Assembly (NCBI GenBank): GCA_977017575.1
Contig: CDRNVI010000030.1
Coordinates: forward strand, 744,001 to 808,000
Source: Paramoeba atlantica
Lineage: Eukaryota > Protista > Discosea
Direction: 5' to 3'
Length of the DNA: 64,000 nucleotides
The notes beneath the pieces are model-generated. The model saw only the letters and a program-made list of their open reading frames with translations. It searched no databases and was not told the origin of the DNA. Below are positions 33,225-42,839 of this stretch, piece after piece. Within the stretch, counting starts at the first letter, position 1; each line of letters opens with the position of its first letter. The position numbers and the translations under genes are program-made.

Positions 33225-33672
33225 GAGATTAAGTAGGAACGTTTGTACGCACCTGAAGCCTAGTAATCTAACAATGTAAAATAAAGGAGCGAAATTATTG
33301 AACTGCAAAAATCATGTGCGTACACTGGCAATTTAAGAACTTACTGAAATTATTCTATTGTAACAAATTTTAGTAGAACGCCATTACTCACCTTTTTGAT
33401 TCGAATGTTCTGCAGTGATGCTAATTGAATAAAACAAAGACAAGCATAGCCCAGTCTAAAAAGCAAAAAAAACATGCGGCGGTTATTTATGAGCTAAATC
33501 AGCCAAACTCGAAGCTTGTGAAGAAAAGGCGTGTGAAAAACATATAAACTTACAAAGAACGAGAAATAGGATTGATCTTTGGAGTGATAGTACTAGTTAC
33601 TGACATTGGCGTCCTACACGGAAGCCGCCGTAAACCAGAATGTGTGAAATAACTCGAAGAATGGGCTCTTAC

Positions 33673-34506
33673 TCATTCGTCACATAGGTCATCCCCGTTT
33701 TTCTTTGTCATGTTGAGGCTCTCCGCACGACCTTTCCGCTGTCTCCTATCCAAGTTCATATCGCACCCTTGCTTTAGTATTTCCAAATCTTTCTTAGCTT
33801 CGTATCGCATCCGTGCGCGCTTGGACAGATCGTTTGGATCAAGACCATGTTTTTTAAACACGGCTAAGAGTTGCCTACGAAACTCTGTGTCGTCCTCTGT
33901 GTACGGAGGACATTGTATGTGTAGTGACTTAAGAAATTTATTAAGTTCCACAGTTGAAACACAAGTAGTGTCCTGCATCTTCTTTTGCTTCTTTTGCTGT
34001 CGCTCTGCAGGAGGACGCAGAAGGTCTTCGTTCGAAGTGGTGCTAAGATAATCCGACAAATCACTTTCTGTCTCAGAGGAGGCACTATTGCTTCCATTGT
34101 TGGAGGAATCATCGCTATCACTATTTGAGGAGGCTTCCGAGGTGCTGTGTGAGCCCTCGGATTCCACAGAAGAACTATCCAAGTCACTTTCAGATTCACT
34201 GGACGACGCTACATTCCTGTTTTTTAGATCTGAGTGTTTTGATGTCCCACGTGACGAGTGCAGTGTTTTGACCCGAATTGGCTGTTCGTTTTTTTGACTC
34301 GAAACCTGAGTTGCGCCCCCGACGTTGTCTAGCGAGTTCAAAAGTTCCTGGGCTTGTGCAGAAACCGATGCCCAATCAGTAGTGTGAGGGAATCGATCAC
34401 CGTGTTTTTTTCGAATTGCCTCAATGCAAGCTGCCCCGCTGATTTTGCGATTCGGGGGTTTGCGAGAATGCATCAGTCGAAGCAGACGATCTATTTCGGA
34501 ATCCAT
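33673..34506 (-). CDS. Hypothetical Ser/Asp-rich, probably nuclear protein
   Basis: ORF from ATG 34506 (MDSEIDRLL); acidic Ser-rich middle and basic KKQKK. Confidence 0.6.
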   Translation of the reverse strand: MDSEIDRLLRLMHSRKPPNRKISGAACIEAIRKKHGDRFPHTTDWASVSAQAQELLNSLDNVGGATQVSSQKNEQPIRVKTLHSSRGTSKHSDLKNRNVASSSESESDLDSSSVESEGSHSTSEASSNSDSDDSSNNGSNSASSETESDLSDYLSTTSNEDLLRPPAERQQKKQKKMQDTTCVSTVELNKFLKSLHIQCPPYTEDDTEFRRQLLAVFKKHGLDPNDLSKRARMRYEAKKDLEILKQGCDMNLDRRQRKGRAESLNMTKKNGDDLCDE

Positions 34507-34631
34507 GAAAAAAAAAAGAAAAAAGTAACGAATGGCTTGTTTCTTTCCTGTTTTGTCATACTTTCCTTCCGTACCCGTGATGAATAAGCGACAAATTATA
34601 CGATGTAAAGACGCCAAAGAAAGTAAACTAA

Positions 34632-36626
34632 TTATTCTGTACCCACAATCACTTTAAATATTAAATTGTAGCCAAGTGCAACAACCGTGCCAGTGAGTAA
34701 CACAACCAATTGAGCAATTCCGAAATCAGGAGTTGGACAGGACATTGACAAAGGAACTCCTACCTGTACAATCTGCGGTGTCTCATACCTTTCAGAGAAT
34801 AATCTTTCCGTGTCCTTGCGTGTGAGATTCGTATCCATAACACTAATTTGTTTCTGTAATAGTAGTATGGGTGAAGGAATGAGATGGATACGTTCGGCGT
34901 CAGGTGGGTACTCGCTTGAGGAAAGAAAAACAGATGAAGCCTGAAAGTTCACATAAAAACCGTAGGGTGCAGAACCATTAGTACTAATATTTTTCACCCA
35001 AAAATTTTGATCATGCAAGGAATCATTCTTCATTCGGGTACGCGACGCTTTACGGAAAGCAGTTTCAAAATTTACTGATCCCAATGTTCCAGACGAGAAC
35101 TTCAAGATGCAGGAATACTCATTTTCAGTAGCGTCCTCAGATTTATCGGTGTGCTCTGAGATATCTTCTACTTCGCAGGACACAGATCGCTGTTGGGACG
35201 CTATGATACCACATTGTGCTGTGTGCGTGAATGAGCGCAAAAGAGCATCTGGAACAAGCAAAAGAAGTCGCAACATGTCGCAAATGTCATCCTCTAATTT
35301 CTCTCTGAACCACTGTGGAAACTGAACTCGAACTTGAATTTGGTAGCCTTCTAAAGCATTGCCAAGGACACAACTGACTATTTCCCATTCACTATTTAAG
35401 TTGGTACTCATATCGTAAATTTCTGAAAGATTTTCTGCTTTTATTGGCAGAGACAAGTTGACTCGGTGATCAACGATAAAATTGATAGGAGAGTTGATGA
35501 TCTGTGCAGACGAACTGGAGCCATCATCCATGTGAGATTCATAATGCCCAATATCGGGATAATCGCGTAGAACTAAGGACTTATCGCAGATTGGGCAAGG
35601 AGTTAGCCTAAGCGAATCGTAAGGAGCAAACGAACGTGGAAAATCTAATGCTTTGTTTCCGGAATGTTGTCTATCTACATTTAATTTGCGTATTACATCT
35701 GCATTTGTAGTCATAAATTCGAATTCCCATTTAACAGCTAGTGTGTGATCCGTTAGCAAGGAGAAACGAAGTCCGAAAGCGTGATACGAAGAAGAAATAA
35801 GTGCGTTTTTCGCAAGCCCCGGAGATGCTACGCCCAATTCACCACGACAAGGCAACGTTTCGGCCCATCGGAGAAGACTCTCAAGGCAGACATCTTCGTA
35901 AGGAAGTGTACCAAACCTTGATCTGAAAAGACCTTTTTTGTCATTGATGGAGCCAAAAAACTGGTTTTCTGAGTCTACTGTGGCACCAAAAAATGATTCG
36001 CGTGTTGCCAACTCATTTTCGGGTGCTAAGTGAAACAAATTCGTAGAGAAGAGATTGCCGATATAGCGGGTAGTTTCGTCCCAAAAATGTTCAAAATTAT
36101 ACGGCTTGTGAGAGTCATCAAGATCCTCCACTGGTACCAGTTGGCATAAAAATAAAGAGACGCCACTTGGATAGCGCAATTGTCTTGCAAATCGTTTGGT
36201 GCAATTTCCTATAGAACGCAAGAGATTCCATTTAGAAAGCCATCGACCTCTAGACCACATTACATGTCCGCTGCAAATAGACTCTGTATGAGAATTGGAG
36301 ATAGAAATTCCATTACACGGCCCGTCCTGAGATTGTAAAAATCGTATCCATTGCCGTAACTTGTATGGGAGCAGAAGGTGCTCATGGGAAGGTGAAGTTG
36401 ATGGGCGTGCTCCATGAATAGAACTCGTGTTGAGAGTGATCGACACTGACCCGGAAATATGAGAATCACCTAATATGCTATGTCGCACATGTATTGTTTC
36501 GCATGCAAAGCAGTTCCTTGGAGTAGGATAACTAAAGTTCGAAAGATCATTATGATTCTTATGTAGAGGGTCAGTTACACTATCACACAAAGTCAAAAAG
36601 CCAAAATAGAGCAGCCTGACATACAT
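34632..36626 (-). CDS. PIGT: GPI transamidase subunit PIG-T/Gpi16
   Basis: GTLPYEDVCLESLLRWAETLPC (cf. LPRExVCTENLTPWKKLLPC), SSYHA, C-terminal PTPDF plus transmembrane helix. Confidence 0.75.
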   Translation of the reverse strand: MYVRLLYFGFLTLCDSVTDPLHKNHNDLSNFSYPTPRNCFACETIHVRHSILGDSHISGSVSITLNTSSIHGARPSTSPSHEHLLLPYKLRQWIRFLQSQDGPCNGISISNSHTESICSGHVMWSRGRWLSKWNLLRSIGNCTKRFARQLRYPSGVSLFLCQLVPVEDLDDSHKPYNFEHFWDETTRYIGNLFSTNLFHLAPENELATRESFFGATVDSENQFFGSINDKKGLFRSRFGTLPYEDVCLESLLRWAETLPCRGELGVASPGLAKNALISSSYHAFGLRFSLLTDHTLAVKWEFEFMTTNADVIRKLNVDRQHSGNKALDFPRSFAPYDSLRLTPCPICDKSLVLRDYPDIGHYESHMDDGSSSSAQIINSPINFIVDHRVNLSLPIKAENLSEIYDMSTNLNSEWEIVSCVLGNALEGYQIQVRVQFPQWFREKLEDDICDMLRLLLLVPDALLRSFTHTAQCGIIASQQRSVSCEVEDISEHTDKSEDATENEYSCILKFSSGTLGSVNFETAFRKASRTRMKNDSLHDQNFWVKNISTNGSAPYGFYVNFQASSVFLSSSEYPPDAERIHLIPSPILLLQKQISVMDTNLTRKDTERLFSERYETPQIVQVGVPLSMSCPTPDFGIAQLVVLLTGTVVALGYNLIFKVIVGTE

Positions 36627-36936
36627 TGGAAACCTTTTTCGGATACACTTCCTCGGATATTCGTCTTTGACGTTCAATAATCATGGAATCCTTTCTTTTG
36701 CAAAAACCAGGTCATCAATCTCTAGAAATCTTAATTTGCAAAAAGAAGGCTCGATAATAAAGTTCCTCCTTCGGAGAGCAGTAAAAAAACAGGAAACGAA
36801 GCGCTGTCTCTGAAAAAAATCCCTTAGTTTCATATCTGAATTAAGATCATTTCCCTTGGAACAAAAGGAAACGTGGGGGGTGACAGAAAGTAAATGGGTA
36901 TCATATGGAAGGAGACAGTAAAAAATAGACCCCCAG

Positions 36937-37668
36937 TTATAAAAAATCTGGCAAATCCAGTTCCTCCAAACCGGGTAGCACGTCTGGAAGAGGTTCATTG
37001 AGTGTTGCATTATAAAGTTGTTCGATCATTTCCACATCAGTATATTCCTCAACGAACAGAACGGTTGCCGGAATATTTTCCCATGAATTTGGCGTAAGAT
37101 TGTTTCCATACAAGTGAATCACAGCAGTACTTTGTTGCATTTCCTCGAGGCTTAATACACCTTCAAAATTATTGTAAGACAAGTCCAAGGAAACCAGTGT
37201 CGAAGGAAGAAAAGATGATTTTAGTACACCATAAAAGTGGTTATAGGACGCAAAGAAACCTTCTAAAAGCGGGGGAAGTAGAGAAAGTGCAAGAGCGCCT
37301 CCCATCTCATTACGCCGCACGTCCAAATACCGAAGATTTCGTGGCAAGGAGACCACTTCTAAAGAGCCTTGTATGATATTTACATTTCTCTGGGCAATAT
37401 TTCCAAGGTTAATGCTGAGTAAAGTGTGGGGCAAGTGTTTCCAGCCGGGAGTGCCACGGAGAGAGAGGTTAGACCAGCCCAGGGAGGTGACTTCTCCGTT
37501 GGAGTCACAAGTTACACCGTGCCAATCCGAAATGCTAACTCGATCACTCCACGAAGGTTCCTGGTGAGTGATATTTTCCAAAAAGAGGGCAAGAGCATAT
37601 ACTGGAGGAAGGATGGTATGGTGCAACTTGTGCGGAACAACAGAGTCTGAAGTAGCGAAACAAGTCAT
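36937..37668 (-). CDS. LRR family protein 6
   Basis: HKLHHTILPPVY, DWHGVTC cap, LRRs, acidic tail. Confidence 0.88.
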   Translation of the reverse strand: MTCFATSDSVVPHKLHHTILPPVYALALFLENITHQEPSWSDRVSISDWHGVTCDSNGEVTSLGWSNLSLRGTPGWKHLPHTLLSINLGNIAQRNVNIIQGSLEVVSLPRNLRYLDVRRNEMGGALALSLLPPLLEGFFASYNHFYGVLKSSFLPSTLVSLDLSYNNFEGVLSLEEMQQSTAVIHLYGNNLTPNSWENIPATVLFVEEYTDVEMIEQLYNATLNEPLPDVLPGLEELDLPDFL

Positions 37669-37803
37669 TTACAAAAAGGTTAAGAAGTGAAATTAAGGAC
37701 GGTCTTGGAGGTCGTGCACATTTGTATGAACAAAAGGTATGCGCAAGAAAAACTAATTTACGTGTCAAGCGCAGTTTCTACGAAAGCAACTATTGACAAC
37801 TTC

Positions 37804-38928
37804 CTAACATTCCACATCTTTTTTTAATGTGGGAACATAGATATCCCACGCATTCTCTAATGAATATGACGAAAATAGGACAAAAAAGTACCTAAATAGA
37901 TAAAATTGAGAGCCGTGCATTTTCATTGGCAAAAGGAAATTTCGAGGGTTACAAAGCAGTTCAACAGGATTTCGACATATGAAACACACTGTAGGCAATT
38001 TAGGTCCGTCCCTTGAAGCCTCCAGGTTTCTAGAAGTACTGCGTTGAACCCTGCGACTACCCCAAAGCTTGTAAAGAACGTGAAGTAGACTAGTTCCACT
38101 GGTGTGGAATATGCTTCGAAAATGATTACTGCAACGTAAAATTAGATGCGTCCAAAGCCATCCACTGTATTTTGGAAGGACTGAATTCGTGCGCAATAAA
38201 AATATAGACGTTGGCTGAACCGACGATTGACTTAACTGAACACTCGAGCCATATTGCCTCCACCAGTGAACTACCCCTTTGTGAGTATCAATATGGTTTC
38301 GGTGACCCGAAACGCCAAAATCATCGAATGTAAACATTGCATGAAGCTTTTGCGCAATCTTTAGCTTACTTCTTCTTTTCTTGGAGAAAAATGGAGAAAA
38401 ACGTCCCCATTTTGTAAATATTGAAGTGGCCCTGTTATCGAGAAATCCCCATTTAATCAAAGCCTCATTGATATGAAAAGCCACAATCGATGGTGGCCAT
38501 GTGGTTGTCATGCCATCAGGTAAGCGGTCGTCATCGACTAGGTATACTCGACTCTTTGGAACATCAAACTGGACCGCTGAAGCGAAAAGCTCGTTCCTTC
38601 GAACATTACCGAGTCCCCCACTGTTACCTTTAGAGAGACATATCCAATAAATTTCTGCGTTCTTTTGGCGCAAATCATAGAGTGTAGGTGTCATGAACAT
38701 GGCCTCGTCATCGGGATGAGAGAAAATAAAGAGAACGCGTAGCGGGGGATGGGGAAACACCGCCTTCCCGCCATGGTCTTCTAGAATCGAGTCATTTACG
38801 TGATAAGCTGTTCTAGTTGCATAGTACCAGCGCAAAAGAAATGAACACAAGAAAAGCAAGGCAATAGTGTAAGGAACAAGGGTTCGAAAGAATAGGGACC
38901 AGTTAAAAAACGAAGTAAAGCGAAGCAT
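37804..38928 (-). CDS. PIGL: GlcNAc-PI de-N-acetylase PIG-L/GPI12
   Basis: N-terminal transmembrane helix, FSHPDDEAMF, TFDDFGVSGHRNH, HGSQFYLFR. Confidence 0.92.
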   Translation of the reverse strand: MLRFTSFFNWSLFFRTLVPYTIALLFLCSFLLRWYYATRTAYHVNDSILEDHGGKAVFPHPPLRVLFIFSHPDDEAMFMTPTLYDLRQKNAEIYWICLSKGNSGGLGNVRRNELFASAVQFDVPKSRVYLVDDDRLPDGMTTTWPPSIVAFHINEALIKWGFLDNRATSIFTKWGRFSPFFSKKRRSKLKIAQKLHAMFTFDDFGVSGHRNHIDTHKGVVHWWRQYGSSVQLSQSSVQPTSIFLLRTNSVLPKYSGWLWTHLILRCSNHFRSIFHTSGTSLLHVLYKLWGSRRVQRSTSRNLEASRDGPKLPTVCFICRNPVELLCNPRNFLLPMKMHGSQFYLFRYFFVLFSSYSLENAWDIYVPTLKKDVEC

Positions 38929-39079
38929 TTCTAGACAACGTTGAATTTCGGACGTTCATTCTTTTTAAAATAGAATAACTCTAGGAAAGCAAATTATGAA
39001 AGCAAATTGATGCAACAGTAAGATGCCGAATAACTACGCAATGATCAAGTGATACGTATTTACAGCATTCGGGTGAAAA

Positions 39080-40250
39080 CCATCAATACCTAAAACTTGA
39101 AAACCGACCCGAACCCCTATCACCTATCTACACTTCTTTCCCTTCATCCGACTCTTTTTCTCACAACTTCCCCAACTGATACCTCTCGTGATGTTTCTTC
39201 CGCTCCTTCCACTCCTGTGAGAGCCGTAGCCACACCAAATTCCCCCGTGTACTCTCCTTCGAACGCGGCGTATACACTGCACGACCAAACTGCCAGTCAT
39301 GTAAAAACAACTTTTCCCATTCCTGTTCCAGTTTCCCCCGGGTCGGCTGCGGGAGTGCAAACTGAAACCCAAACTTGGGCTGTACGGGATAGTTAGCAAT
39401 AAACTCTTCCACCGCCTGGGGAACCATCAGATTCTCCGGTTCACGAAACGCCTCCAGCACACTCTCCACATGCTTAATCAGTGTCGCGGTGGAACGAATC
39501 GCCTTCCGATCCACCGAGGACACCGGCAGCCGGAGATCCTCCTCTAACACACGCCGCAGCACCCTATCCCGCAACGTGGGCTCCTGTAACACAAAACTCT
39601 CCACCACGGCCATCTCAGGGAGCTCCGTCAGGGGTTTACCCTCGTAATCCACCTCCCGCATGTCGTACCCATCCTTTACAATCTCCTCATGGAGAATACG
39701 CTGCAGTTGGCGTAACAAGTAGGGCCGAATCTCTCCCCGCGGGATTTGCAGGACCCGTCGCGCGTGGGTCTCCTCCCAGGCGCGCGGCCACGCGGCCCGG
39801 CCCCGGGGCGTCGCGGGGGCCCACCCCTCGGGGGGGAGGTCGGGGAGCAGCAGACGCTGGTGGTGCCACCACTTCATCCCCTCCCCGGTCTGGGCCTTGG
39901 TGTGCAACACGCTCTCGGGGTTGAACCGCACGGTCTGGGGCGCGGGACGGGCGCTGGGCTTTTGTTCGTATTTGGAGTACCCCGCGGCGTCGCGGACGAA
40001 ACGCTCGAGGCTGCGGTACTTGGCGTGGGTGGGGCGCCACCACATGCCGCGGGAGGCGGTGGCTTTGTGGTGGCAGGGGTGGGCGCGGGGGAGGGGGGAG
40101 GGATGGAGCATGGGAGGGGGAGGAGGAGGGGAAAAGGAATGGTTTTGGGGGATGTAGTGTAGGTTGTTTCGTGGTAAAGTTTTAAGTTCGTTTTAGAAAA
40201 CATGTTGAGTGTGTGAATGTGTTGAATTGTTGAGGGAAAATGATATACAA
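39080..40250. other. GC-rich island with strand-skew inversion, centre ~39815
   Basis: C-rich left side, CpG-rich centre, G-runs at 40060-40140 then a GT-rich flank; boundaries approximate. Confidence 0.75.
39161..40111 (-). CDS. Probable mitochondrial protein; possibly mitoribosomal (mL50-like), unconfirmed
   Basis: Arg-rich N-terminus; LRDRVLRRVLEEDLRLPVSSVDRKAIRSTATLIKHVE resembles the ACP-like segment of mL50; assignment is inference. Confidence 0.4.
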   Translation of the reverse strand: MLHPSPLPRAHPCHHKATASRGMWWRPTHAKYRSLERFVRDAAGYSKYEQKPSARPAPQTVRFNPESVLHTKAQTGEGMKWWHHQRLLLPDLPPEGWAPATPRGRAAWPRAWEETHARRVLQIPRGEIRPYLLRQLQRILHEEIVKDGYDMREVDYEGKPLTELPEMAVVESFVLQEPTLRDRVLRRVLEEDLRLPVSSVDRKAIRSTATLIKHVESVLEAFREPENLMVPQAVEEFIANYPVQPKFGFQFALPQPTRGKLEQEWEKLFLHDWQFGRAVYTPRSKESTRGNLVWLRLSQEWKERKKHHERYQLGKL

Positions 40251-40256
40251 GACCTA

Positions 40257-40788
40257 CCGTAGACCCCATAGTAAGAGAATAGGTTTTGGACCAAAATGGT
40301 TGAATTTCTCTTCCTGAGGGGGAGTGCTTCTCACTGGGGATGGAAAACCTGGAACATTGATCCCGGCGTGGACTTTTGTCCAGACTATGCAATTGTAAGC
40401 AACTTTTCGAAAACGAACTGTAAGTTTTTGAAAATGCGCCACATGATTTGTTTCCATGTTTTATGTGGTTTCTCTTTTCTATGCCCAACGGTCTCAGGGA
40501 TCCGGGCACCCAAGGGTGTCCGGACGACCACAAGGCCTGCAGAACTCGGTTTGTCACCCTGTTTATGACATCTTTTGCGCATGAGTGCATTGATTTTCTG
40601 CCTAGCCGATCCATTTCAAGCTCAGCTATCCCCGCCCGACAAACCACCCACACCCCTCCCGGCCATCCTCACCCATCCAACCACCCCTGTTCTCTCAGCC
40701 TGCCCAGCCAGCCAGCCTCCTGAGTCAAATCTCTCATACTGGGGGTCAGCCGAAAAAGAGACTAATCACTGTTACTGGGGGGTAATGC
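40257..40788. mobile_element. MITE related to 21829-22125, in opposite orientation
   Basis: TA|CCGTAGACCCC..GTAA.AGAAT.G.TTTTGGACCA left end; internal CATGAGTGC(A/G)TTGATTTTCTG shared; right end TTACTGGGGGGTAATG is degenerate. Confidence 0.65.
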
Positions 40789-41280
40789 ATTTTTTTTGAA
40801 TTGAGTGTGATGTGCTGTATAAGGCACTCGATCGGCTATCTGACAAGCCTGAGCAATGGTAGATTCACCACGGTAACTATGGTGTATCCCATGCGCGCAC
40901 GAATACCTGATGACTCTTTCTGAACCAAACGCATCACTTGAACTAACCCGTCCTTGACACTCAGATATCAGATAAATCTTCACATATTTTATGAGATTAA
41001 TGTCTTGTCTGGATTTCCCCTGAGTGGATTATCGCTCCACCTGACCACAATGTTCTGATATCTGCCGATCGAGAATTTATTTCAAAGTGGAGGTAGTTTA
41101 GCACAGCTGCATTCCTTCGACTTCGAGTCGTATACTCGAGTCTGTATAGCAGGAACGAATGATGAAGATTGACAGCATACGATAGACCGAGAACTTTTCT
41201 CATATCGATATGTATGAAACTGCGAAGTATCGATATTTTGTATCTAGAAAAGTTATATAGTGGTTTTCCCTTGCGTGAAG

Positions 41281-42531
41281 TTATACACAACGTGAGTGTA
41301 CTAGAGAGGGACCGTGCTCCGCGTACTCTGCGGGTGTGATGTAGAGACTGGGAATCGCGTGTGAACTCACAATAGAGAGTCCCACAAAAGGAAGCAGCTG
41401 ATTTCCAACAGGTAGCCGGCACAAATGGCTCGGGAAGGAAACGGACACATTACGTAGCATACACTCTTGAAGGACACGCTCGTACATGTGAGGGATACTT
41501 GCACACCCTCCCGTGAGCACAAGGTCGCTGTATCCATCGCAATCGAGAGAGCGAGCTACATTGTGGATCACATCGGTTAAACGTTGCCCTGCACTGTAGT
41601 TTCTTCCTGGTACCCGATTTAGGTCAAAATACAGCTCGGGAAGTGCTTTTTTCCATTTTTCGTCTACGTTTGAAAACGTATCTGACAAGGCAACTTCTGA
41701 GACAGAGGTCTCTTTGACAGGGATATTTATCTCAGCGCCATCGGGTAGGACGCTTGTAAGGGACAGCGCTTGCTTCGGTATTTTTATTTGGCAAACCGAG
41801 TGATCCAGTGGGGTTATCCGCAACTTGGTCTTCATGTAGTGGTAATTCTCACGAAATTCGTGATAAGGGTCTGCTTGGAGTCCTTTCTTGGACAACATGT
41901 CAGCTTTTTCATTATCCATCTCTTTGTTCAACTTGCCTTGTTTTGTGCCGTTAAATTCACAGAGAGCCTCTGAAAGCTCTAGTCCAGTCACGGGACAAGA
42001 CCCCCATGTCTTTGTCGATGGTACGCCCTGGCGAACGGCACATACTGTACTTTGCGTGTGTCCCAGATCCACTACAATACCCGACTCAAGTCCTACGGCA
42101 AAAAGAGACATTGTTGCTGCGTTACACAAAAGAACTCCGGGGGGTGAGGCCTCGTTGGAGGAACGTAATACAGCATCAAGAAACGGGACATACCCCTCCA
42201 TAAGCTCTTCTAAGATATTTTCTCTGCGTACCGAGAGGGACAGCGTGCTCTTTTCTGTAGGGTAAAATGACTCACAAAGTGCCACACGAGCGGGGACTTG
42301 AGGGACATTGTCTTGATGAGACTTGCTGGATGAGTTATTGACACGTGAAACCTCCCCCGCTGCGAGGACACTGCTTTGTAGGTGAGGGGCCTCCTCACGG
42401 AGCACGGACAAAAAGGGTTCGTCTAAGGGTCTGCCGGGACGAATGTCGAAAATGCGGGGAGTGAGATCACCGGACAAGCCCAAGGCCGTGTGTGTACGTC
42501 CAAGGGAAGCAATAGCGGACGAGACGCTCAT
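41281..42531 (-). CDS. Divergent actin-related protein
   Basis: GLESGIVVDLGHTQSTV, LPDG, LVLTGGCASIP, FVGLSIVSS, YITPAEYAEHGPSLVHSRC. Confidence 0.85.
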   Translation of the reverse strand: MSVSSAIASLGRTHTALGLSGDLTPRIFDIRPGRPLDEPFLSVLREEAPHLQSSVLAAGEVSRVNNSSSKSHQDNVPQVPARVALCESFYPTEKSTLSLSVRRENILEELMEGYVPFLDAVLRSSNEASPPGVLLCNAATMSLFAVGLESGIVVDLGHTQSTVCAVRQGVPSTKTWGSCPVTGLELSEALCEFNGTKQGKLNKEMDNEKADMLSKKGLQADPYHEFRENYHYMKTKLRITPLDHSVCQIKIPKQALSLTSVLPDGAEINIPVKETSVSEVALSDTFSNVDEKWKKALPELYFDLNRVPGRNYSAGQRLTDVIHNVARSLDCDGYSDLVLTGGCASIPHMYERVLQECMLRNVSVSFPSHLCRLPVGNQLLPFVGLSIVSSHAIPSLYITPAEYAEHGPSLVHSRCV

Positions 42532-42839
42532 TTTGACCTTGAAAGACCACGAGTATCACCTACTTGGTGAAAACTACTTTTCTCATGGAATCTATCAAGA
42601 CTAGTGCAATATCTTTAGTTTGAAAAAATTCGCATCCTAAAATATCATGCTCCAATACTGCTGCCCCCTCCCACACTGAAGATGACGCTACTAGAATTAC
42701 GTTGAACGTGATGTTTTCAGTTAGAATACGTATTTGTATACTTGATAGAATGCAACAACATTCTCATAATGCATCCCCTTTGTCTCTGATGTAAATACTC
42801 TTTCACGTCCCAAAAATCCGTTGTCCTCGAAACGCATAT

